Origin: a virus
IMG/VR virus record: IMGVR_UViG_3300024520_000055
Span: 1-64,000 of that record
Direction: 5' to 3' (one strand)
Length of the DNA stretch: 64,000 nucleotides
Positions 51,010 through 57,453 of the stretch are shown here, in pieces (position 1 is the stretch's first letter; each line of letters starts with the position of its first letter). Both the position numbers and the translations under genes were made by a program. The notes beneath the pieces were generated by a model, which worked only from the letters and a program-made list of their open reading frames with translations, was not told the origin of the DNA and made no database searches.

Positions 51010-51153
51010 GTCTATCTTCTCGGGGTTGGCGCCGGCCGGCGCCGGGCGAGCTCGAGCTGAGCGCACCTCTTCCGAGCCGCAAGGCGAGGAAGAGGTTCTC
51101 TCAAGGGGCAACGTCCGCGTAGCGCGGACATCCCTTACGGGATCAAGATAGAC
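51010..51153 (-). ncRNA. Retron-like ncRNA E
   Basis: GTCTATCTT-CT ... GTCCGCGTAGCGCGGAC ... C-AAGATAGAC. Confidence 0.8.
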
Positions 51154-51163
51154 GTAAAAACTT

Positions 51164-51439
51164 TCAGGCACGGATTTGTGCTTTCAATCGAGACGAGGCA
51201 CTGAACGCGACCTGGGGGGTTGGTCGCAGGCGTCTCACTGCACCACTCTGGACGTCCCGAATCTTTCTCGCCTTGCGCGTGAAGATAGAGAACGATCCGA
51301 AAGACGGAATGCGAACACCTTTCTCTTTTACCAAACCGAGGGTCAGAACCCTGAAGACGGCATCGACGGCAGCATTGGCCATGCTGATAGGGCAGTCCAA
51401 TTCTTGAGCTACCATCCGGGCGACATCGGACTTGGTCAT
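51164..51439 (-). CDS. hup: HU family DNA-binding protein
   Basis: MTKSDVARMVA...VRIPSFGSFSIFTRKARKIRDVQSG...VAFSASSRLK; GGAGG RBS. Confidence 0.88.
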   Translation of the reverse strand: MTKSDVARMVAQELDCPISMANAAVDAVFRVLTLGLVKEKGVRIPSFGSFSIFTRKARKIRDVQSGAVRRLRPTPQVAFSASSRLKAQIRA

Positions 51440-51508
51440 CGCGCCCTCCTCCGGTATAATCTGGACGCATTTTACGGGAACACCGCCCCGCGCGCAACCG
51501 GAGAAACC

Positions 51509-52276
51509 ATGATCGAGCACGTTGGATACGCCAAACAGATGTCGTTCCTGGCGCAGGGGGCAAAGGCAGCGCGCGACGCACCTGAAGAAGAGTGGAACAA
51601 GCGCGCGGCCAAAGAGTTGCTAGCGAAAGAAGACGCGCAACTGCTCCCCGTCGTCGTTGCGTCCCTGACCCTTCTCGGGACCGAGATCGCAACGTGGGAA
51701 CCCGAAAGCATCTGGCTGGAGTACAAAGACAAAGCCGGAGGCGAGTTGCCCCCGATCAATCGGGAGAAGATTCTGGCTTCCCTCGCCATGACGCTGAACC
51801 CCGTCTTCTTCTGGGACCACCGCGCATTCCAGAACATCGTTTCGGTGGCCAACGGTGAGCCCAGCCAGCCGGACACATTGCAGGAGCCGACGCCTGCGGA
51901 GCTTTTGTGGGGCGCTGCGATCGGCGAGGCTGTCTGGAAAAGCGTTCACTCCGAAGCACCCCCGTGGGGCGATGAGATCCAACGGTTCGCCGCCGTTGTC
52001 CTTTTCCGCGGGGGTCTCCAGGTGGCCCCAACACCGTTAGCGTGGTGCCAGGACCACCTGGACATGCTCTTTCGGAACTCACAGGGGCCCAGCCAGGACA
52101 AGCTGGAGGCGGAGTGGAGCAAACTTGACCAGAGCAGGCTCCCCGACCACAAGTTCGAGGAGACTCCGGTTGATGTCCAACTCCATACTCTCGCGACCAT
52201 GTTCCTGTACGCGCAATCGCAAGCCACGCAGACAGCCAACCAGCTCCTGAAACTCAGGAATGATCATTCGCGTTGA
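51509..52276 (+). CDS. Hypothetical phage protein
   Basis: ATG 51509 with GGAG RBS; TATAAT at 51455-51460. Confidence 0.65.
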   Translation: MIEHVGYAKQMSFLAQGAKAARDAPEEEWNKRAAKELLAKEDAQLLPVVVASLTLLGTEIATWEPESIWLEYKDKAGGELPPINREKILASLAMTLNPVFFWDHRAFQNIVSVANGEPSQPDTLQEPTPAELLWGAAIGEAVWKSVHSEAPPWGDEIQRFAAVVLFRGGLQVAPTPLAWCQDHLDMLFRNSQGPSQDKLEAEWSKLDQSRLPDHKFEETPVDVQLHTLATMFLYAQSQATQTANQLLKLRNDHSR

Positions 52277-53510
52277 AGTCGTCCCGCATCCGAGAGAGCC
52301 CGGAAAGCAGGGACCGCGACGCGTTCTTGAAGCTCGGGTTCGAGAACATCGCCTGCCCGACCTTTTCCATGTAGGTCTTGTACTCTTCCTCCTCGCCCGG
52401 TTCGGCGCGGAGCTTGCGAAAGAACACCTGCATCAAGTCTCGCATCCCTGCGTTGCTCAGGTCGTCCATCAGCCGCGCGAGGGAAGGGACGATTTTCTGT
52501 GGGTCCGGGTAGGACCTCATTTGCAAGGCCACAGCGTGTAGAAGTTCAGAGATGACCGTGTGGTTCCCCTGCTCCATGTGGTACACGACCTTCCGGTGCA
52601 CCTGGCTGCGGTCGTTTTCGTATTTGGCCAGAACCTCGGCGGGATCGATGGAGCCCGAGTCCTTTTGGAGGTCCTCGACAACCTTCTCGGCGACGCCCAT
52701 TCCCACCATTGACCCGAGAGTGGGTTCCAGGAGGGCCAGTTGTCTCCGCGAGAGGCCGCCAATGTTGTCCGTGTTCGCCTGCGCGATCAACGCCTTGAGA
52801 ACATCGTCCACATCGTCCCACACGGCAGGACACCCATACGGGCCCTCGTGGTTGTCTCGCATTTTGACGTCGTGGATCACGGAGGGGTTGGACCGCAGGT
52901 GCTTCAGCAACGGGGGAAACATCTTCTTCCGTTTGGTCGCGTATTTGATGTAGTCGTCTCCCGTCGGCTCGACCCAGAAGAAGCGCAGCCTGCGCCGCAC
53001 TGCGGGATCTCGGAACTTGGGGCTGGCATCGTATAGCCCCGAAGCCGGGTTCATGGTCAGCGCAACGCACCAGTTGTCCGGAAGGACGAACTGCATGAAC
53101 TTGCGCATCCGCGTATCCACGAGGCTGAAAATGTGCTTGAGGACACGGTCGTCACAACGACCAACGTCGTCCATGACCATGACGCCGGGCTCGGTGCTGT
53201 TCTGGATACTTTGGAGGAAGTCCGCGAGCACGGGGTGGAGTTGCGTCATCTCCTGATCGGGAATCATCGTTCCCCATTCGGCCCCTTCGGTGAAGTTGGC
53301 CATGGGAACAACCTCGGCCCGCCACTTGAGTTCTTCCTCAATGTAGCGAACGGTTTCTGTTGTCTTCCCCACTCCCGAGTCCCCGATGAACAGCGGCACC
53401 TTCTTCTGTGGGCCGCACCACGAGGTCTCACAGTGGAAACCTATCTGACCAACTGATATGATGGGGCACTGTAGACGGTCAACGAACTTGGCCTTGGGAT
53501 CTCTGGCCAT
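52254..53510 (-). CDS. MoxR-like AAA+ ATPase
   Basis: GDSGVGKT, VMDDVGR, LPDNWCVALTMNP, DPAVRRR. Confidence 0.85.
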   Translation of the reverse strand: MARDPKAKFVDRLQCPIISVGQIGFHCETSWCGPQKKVPLFIGDSGVGKTTETVRYIEEELKWRAEVVPMANFTEGAEWGTMIPDQEMTQLHPVLADFLQSIQNSTEPGVMVMDDVGRCDDRVLKHIFSLVDTRMRKFMQFVLPDNWCVALTMNPASGLYDASPKFRDPAVRRRLRFFWVEPTGDDYIKYATKRKKMFPPLLKHLRSNPSVIHDVKMRDNHEGPYGCPAVWDDVDDVLKALIAQANTDNIGGLSRRQLALLEPTLGSMVGMGVAEKVVEDLQKDSGSIDPAEVLAKYENDRSQVHRKVVYHMEQGNHTVISELLHAVALQMRSYPDPQKIVPSLARLMDDLSNAGMRDLMQVFFRKLRAEPGEEEEYKTYMEKVGQAMFSNPSFKNASRSLLSGLSRMRDDFNANDHS

Positions 53511-53524
53511 GTTGGAGGCTCCTT

Positions 53525-55192
53525 TTGGGTGCTCCCAGTAAAAACCCGATCGAAGTTCGGCGCTCCGAGTTTACCGAGAAAGCCCTGCGCCTTGAAGGGC
53601 GCCCGTTCAGTTTTAAGGGGTACGAACTCTTCATCCCTATCTACGATTCCCACGCTGATGAAACTCATCTGATGACGGGGCGCCAAGTCGCGAAATCCAC
53701 AACGTGCGCCAACTTCAGTCTCGCCGAAACCGCGATCATTCCTTTCTTCAAGATCCTTTACACCTCACCGACCCGCGAGCAGACTCGCAAGTTCTCCACC
53801 ACCAGGGTGGGGAAGACCATGGCGCACTCTCCGGAGTATCGCAACCTGTACGTCCATCCTGAGCTGTCGCAAAACGTGCTCCAGAAAATCATGCGTAACG
53901 GATCGGAGTTGCACTTCACCTACGCCGCCGACGACCCCGACCGGGCCCGCGGAATCTCTGCCGACAGGCTCCTCGCAGACGAGACCCAGGATGTGCATTA
54001 CGACGCAGTCATCCCGGTCCTCCGTGAGTGTCTGTCCGCCTCGAAGTACGCTTACATCACCACTGCTGGGACTCCGAAGACCATGGAGAACTCAATGGAG
54101 TTCCTGTGGCGGAGGTCAACGCAGCACGAGTGGGGTCTGCGCTGCCCCGGGTGTTCGAAGATCAACTTCATTATCGATGAGAAGTCGATCGGCCTGAAAG
54201 GTCCTATCTGCAAATACTGTGGGCACCTGCTCGACGTGGTTCCGAACTACCACCCGCGCTTCGACAAGCGGAATGGCTTCTGGGTACCTGCCAACCCAGA
54301 CAAGGATAGACAGGGCTTCCATATCCCGCAGCCGGTGCTGTCTCTCCACGCCAACGACCCGAAAAAGTGGAGGATGCTCCTTTCCAAAATGCCCGACGGG
54401 GACGCGGGATACTCCCTTTCGCGGTTCAAGAACGAGGTCCTGGGCGTCTCCGACGCTTTGGGCAAGCGTATGATCACGCGCGATCATCTCATCTCACTGT
54501 GCGACGCCAATGAGACGTTCGCGTCACCTCCAAATAAGGGGTGGAACAAGGGAATCAGCAACATCGCCGCAGGGATCGACTGGGGAGGTGGTAGCGTTAT
54601 CAAGAAGGGCACCTTGTCCGACATGGACGTCGTCTCCCGTACGGTGCTGTGGATCTGGGGGATGTGGAAGGGGCGTGCGTACAAATGTCTCTTCTACAAA
54701 GTGTTCCCCGCGGACCACCCCATCCACGACATCGCGGAGATCATCCACTACCTGAAAGAGTTCAACGTTGAGATGGTTTATGGCGACGCGGGCGAAGGAC
54801 ACGTTGCCAACAGCATGATCCAGGAAGCCCTCGGACCGGGGCGTCTCTACCAATGCCAGTATGGTTTCCACAAGAAACCGCTCACCTGGAATGCACACGA
54901 TCGCTACCTGTTGGACCGCACCACCATCATCGACTGCTTCTTCCTCCAGCGCGTTCTAAAAAAGAGGGTGGTCTTCGCCAACAAACAGCAGATGACTGCG
55001 GCGTTTGATGACTTCCTCGCCGAGTATGAGGAGGTCACCATGGACGGAACGGGGCGCCGCGTGTGGCGGCATGCCCCGGCCGAGCCCGATGACGCGTTGC
55101 ATGCAGCTATCTTTGGCTGGCTCGCAATGATGAGCCTGACCACAGACTACAACGACATCGCCGCTTTCGACACGTCCCTGATTACGCAGTAA
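53525..55192 (+). CDS. terL: Terminase large subunit
   Basis: GRQVAKST (Walker A), LLADETQD (Walker B), GTP, CxxC zinc pair, GIDWG, PDDALHA. Confidence 0.9.
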   Translation: MGAPSKNPIEVRRSEFTEKALRLEGRPFSFKGYELFIPIYDSHADETHLMTGRQVAKSTTCANFSLAETAIIPFFKILYTSPTREQTRKFSTTRVGKTMAHSPEYRNLYVHPELSQNVLQKIMRNGSELHFTYAADDPDRARGISADRLLADETQDVHYDAVIPVLRECLSASKYAYITTAGTPKTMENSMEFLWRRSTQHEWGLRCPGCSKINFIIDEKSIGLKGPICKYCGHLLDVVPNYHPRFDKRNGFWVPANPDKDRQGFHIPQPVLSLHANDPKKWRMLLSKMPDGDAGYSLSRFKNEVLGVSDALGKRMITRDHLISLCDANETFASPPNKGWNKGISNIAAGIDWGGGSVIKKGTLSDMDVVSRTVLWIWGMWKGRAYKCLFYKVFPADHPIHDIAEIIHYLKEFNVEMVYGDAGEGHVANSMIQEALGPGRLYQCQYGFHKKPLTWNAHDRYLLDRTTIIDCFFLQRVLKKRVVFANKQQMTAAFDDFLAEYEEVTMDGTGRRVWRHAPAEPDDALHAAIFGWLAMMSLTTDYNDIAAFDTSLITQ

Positions 55193-55193
55193 A

Positions 55194-55410
55194 TCGCCTT
55201 CTCTTGGAGTCCCAGCGGAGTCGCGTGGACCTCCCGTCAGGGACGGTGGACGCGGCTCCGCTGGGATCTTGTCGCCTTCTCTTCGCGTCAGCCGGACTGA
55301 CGTCCCAACGGGCGCAGCCTCGTTGGGACAGATGGTCCGGGGGACCTTGTCGCCTTCTCTCAATGTCCACGACGTGCTCGGCGTGCCGTGAGCTCGTCGT
55401 AGGAATCTGT
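55194..55410 (-). ncRNA. Three distal msd-like hairpins with arms matching msr G
   Basis: TCGCCTTCT-CT at 55194, 55272, 55350, each followed by a unique long hairpin. Confidence 0.65.
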
Positions 55411-55411
55411 C

Positions 55412-55998
55412 GCCCTTTTCGAAGTGTGCGCCGTGGGCGTCGCTCTCGAGCGACGCACGCGTTTGCATCCTGGCCCTTTTCTTGGTGTGCCAGAAGAACC
55501 AGGTCCGGGTGCAGCCCGGAACCAGGTCTTCGGATACCTGTGCCCTTTTCTACGTGGTAGCAAGGCTGGCCGACCGTAGGGAGCTCTTCTTGCTGACACC
55601 TGTCGCCCTTTTCTACGGCGGCAGTCCGAGAGGAGCTCGAAGCCCTGCTTCCTTGGTACAAGGAAGAGGGGAAGCTGAGCTCCTCCAGGACGGCGGTCTG
55701 GCCCTTTTCTGGGCGCTCTGGATCGGGCCGCCACGAGCTGGTCGGGCGTTTCCGCCCAGCGTGGTGGCGGCCGGATACAGGGGTGCGGCCCTTTTCTACG
55801 AAGGCAAGGTCTCTCACTGTGTGAGACCTGGCGTTCTGGCCCCTTTCTTGAAGGCCTCGTCTCGTGAGCTCGTGGAACGAAGTGTAAGGAGCTGCGGGAG
55901 ACGGGGACATTCTGGAACCCCTTTCTGGGCGTGTAGAGCCTGAGCACAGTCGTTGCTTGCGTATCGCAAGCTGCCTCGGGTCAAGGCGCAAAAGGGCA
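55412..55998 (-). ncRNA. Retron-like ncRNA F (one msr, eight msd/3' arms)
   Basis: Hairpin GCTTGCGTATCGCAAGC 55955-55971, C55989, arm AAAAGGGCA. GCCCTTTT-C type arms at 55412, 55473, 55542, 55605, 55701, 55788, 55839, 55917. Confidence 0.75.
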
Positions 55999-56000
55999 AA

Positions 56001-56418
56001 CTTTTCTCGGTGGCGCGGAAACGAGTCGTGAGTCGAAGACGAAACGAATCGTCACCGGCACGAGGACCTTCTCTCAACGTCGCCAGGCGTCCCCTCCGTC
56101 CCAGGATGGGACAAGGAGGGGTCCAGTGGGGAGGTTGGACAATCACCTTCTCTTGGCGAACTCACGGCGGCGTTCGAGCGCGCCAGGGTACGCAGTACCC
56201 AGCGAGACGACGCCGGATCCGGCTTTCTTACTGCACACGACCGAAGCAGGGGCGACCCTGGCAGGGAGTGGGCTGTCAGAAAGACGGGTGTTGCCTGACG
56301 AGGTATGCCTTCTCTCAGGGGACGCATCCGCGACCAGGCTGTCGAAGACTAAGAACAACGATTCTGGCGATCCATGTGCGCGTAACGCGCACTACCACAA
56401 CAGTGGTACAGAAGGCGA
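56001..56418 (-). ncRNA. Retron-like ncRNA G (one msr, 3-5 msd/3' arms)
   Basis: Hairpin GTGCGCGTAACGCGCAC 56376-56392, C56409, arm AGAAGGCGA. CCTTCT-CT arms near 56066, 56143, 56306. Confidence 0.75.
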
Positions 56419-56429
56419 AAGTATCTGGG

Positions 56430-56696
56430 TTAACCTTTTTCTCAGGGGAGGGAGCACGTGATCCGGATAAACCATACGCTCGAGGTCCTCCGGCGGAAGG
56501 GCGCCAGGTCGAGGTGACGGGATCGGAGCTCCCGGACCCCGCGGCACGTCGACCTGCCGAAACCAGCCCCACGCGGGCTGGGGCGCAACACGACGCTCGT
56601 ATCACGAGGCAGGTCGACGGTGCCCAGCGGCAATGTCCGCGTAACGCGGACGGCTCGCACGCATGCTGCAAATGCTTGCAAGCGCAAAAAGGTTAA
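56430..56696 (-). ncRNA. Retron-like ncRNA H (long, two-hairpin msd)
   Basis: TTAACCTTTTT-CT ... GTCCGCGTAACGCGGAC ... C-AAAAAGGTTAA (perfect 11-bp inverted repeat). Confidence 0.8.
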
Positions 56697-56714
56697 ACTG
56701 TATTTATATCGGTC

Positions 56715-56837
56715 TGGCTCTTTCTCGGGGGACCTCCCCGTGGCCATCAAGCTGCTCGTCTTGATGGCCGCGCGGTTGTAGCTACCGCACCTCGTTGCGT
56801 GCGTAGCGCACGCTCGCAGTATTGCGACAAAGAGCTA
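56715..56837 (-). ncRNA. Retron-like ncRNA I
   Basis: GCTCTTT-CT ... GCGTGCGTAGCGCACGC ... C-AAAGAGC; overlaps the stop codon of the Hfq-like gene. Confidence 0.78.
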
Positions 56838-57026
56838 AACTGGGTCGATTGTACTAATGTCCTTGATGTAGATCAGAGTCCCGTCCAGCACGAGGCTGTA
56901 CTTATCGAACTCATCGATCTTTCCCGTGAGCACTGCGGGGTGTGGGCTGATGCGGCGCACCTCGATCCTGGTGCCGCTTTTCTCCCACGTTGCAAGTCTC
57001 TTCTGGTCAACTCGGGGTTTGGGCAT
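56835..57026 (-). CDS. Hfq/Sm-like RNA chaperone, 63 aa
   Basis: LTGKIDEFDKYSLVLDGTLIYIKDISTIDP aligns by eye with Hfq LQGQIESFDQFVILL...VYKHAISTVVP. Confidence 0.72.
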   Translation of the reverse strand: MPKPRVDQKRLATWEKSGTRIEVRRISPHPAVLTGKIDEFDKYSLVLDGTLIYIKDISTIDPV

Positions 57027-57453
57027 TCGCAGCTGCCCCCAATTGAGAGACCCGGAAACCCTGCAAGTACTTGAGGTACATCGGGCGCAAGATTGCCGGG
57101 CCGACTGTGGTGTAGATAACATGTCTCTTTCGAACTTCCATCCAGTTGACGGCGAACTCCGCAACGGAGTAGCGAGCCTGTACTTCCCCCGGGGTCGTGG
57201 GGCTGGGCTCAAGGTGTGCCTGAATGGGCCATTCGAGACACAAACAAGAGGCATCCTCTTTTACCGGAATCCCGTAGATATTTCCGAGCTCCACCACCCG
57301 GTACATGTGAACAGGGAATGTTGCTTTCCCCCGCTCTAGTGCGTGAATGTGTTGTTCAAGAAGTTTCTGTCGGTTTTTCACGTCCAGGAGTTCTCGGGTG
57401 TCGTCGATGAGCAGATCCCTCGGGGAATCTACCAAGTAACCAGATTGGTTCAT
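57007..57453 (-). CDS. Hypothetical protein
   Basis: 148 aa, ATGA-coupled to polA. Confidence 0.65.
   Translation of the reverse strand: MNQSGYLVDSPRDLLIDDTRELLDVKNRQKLLEQHIHALERGKATFPVHMYRVVELGNIYGIPVKEDASCLCLEWPIQAHLEPSPTTPGEVQARYSVAEFAVNWMEVRKRHVIYTTVGPAILRPMYLKYLQGFRVSQLGAAANAQTPS

Noticed and set aside
50161-51153. Tandem plus-strand intrinsic terminators
   Set aside because: The pyrimidine tracts are short, and some modules (C, D) lack U runs. The tracts covary with distant complementary arms. A secondary terminator role for the first units is not excluded.
50170-51171. ORF-track ORFs across array 1
   Set aside because: No recognisable motifs or clear RBS, and the region is explained by RNA structure.
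55194-56420. CRISPR array
   Set aside because: The repeated motif is only about 10 nt, spacing is irregular, inserts are self-complementary hairpins, and no cas operon is present. Retron-like arm pairing explains it better.
55182-56750. ORF-track ORFs across array 2 (e.g. repeated EKG/REGD peptides)
   Set aside because: The peptide repeats are just translations of the arm motif, appearing in several frames.
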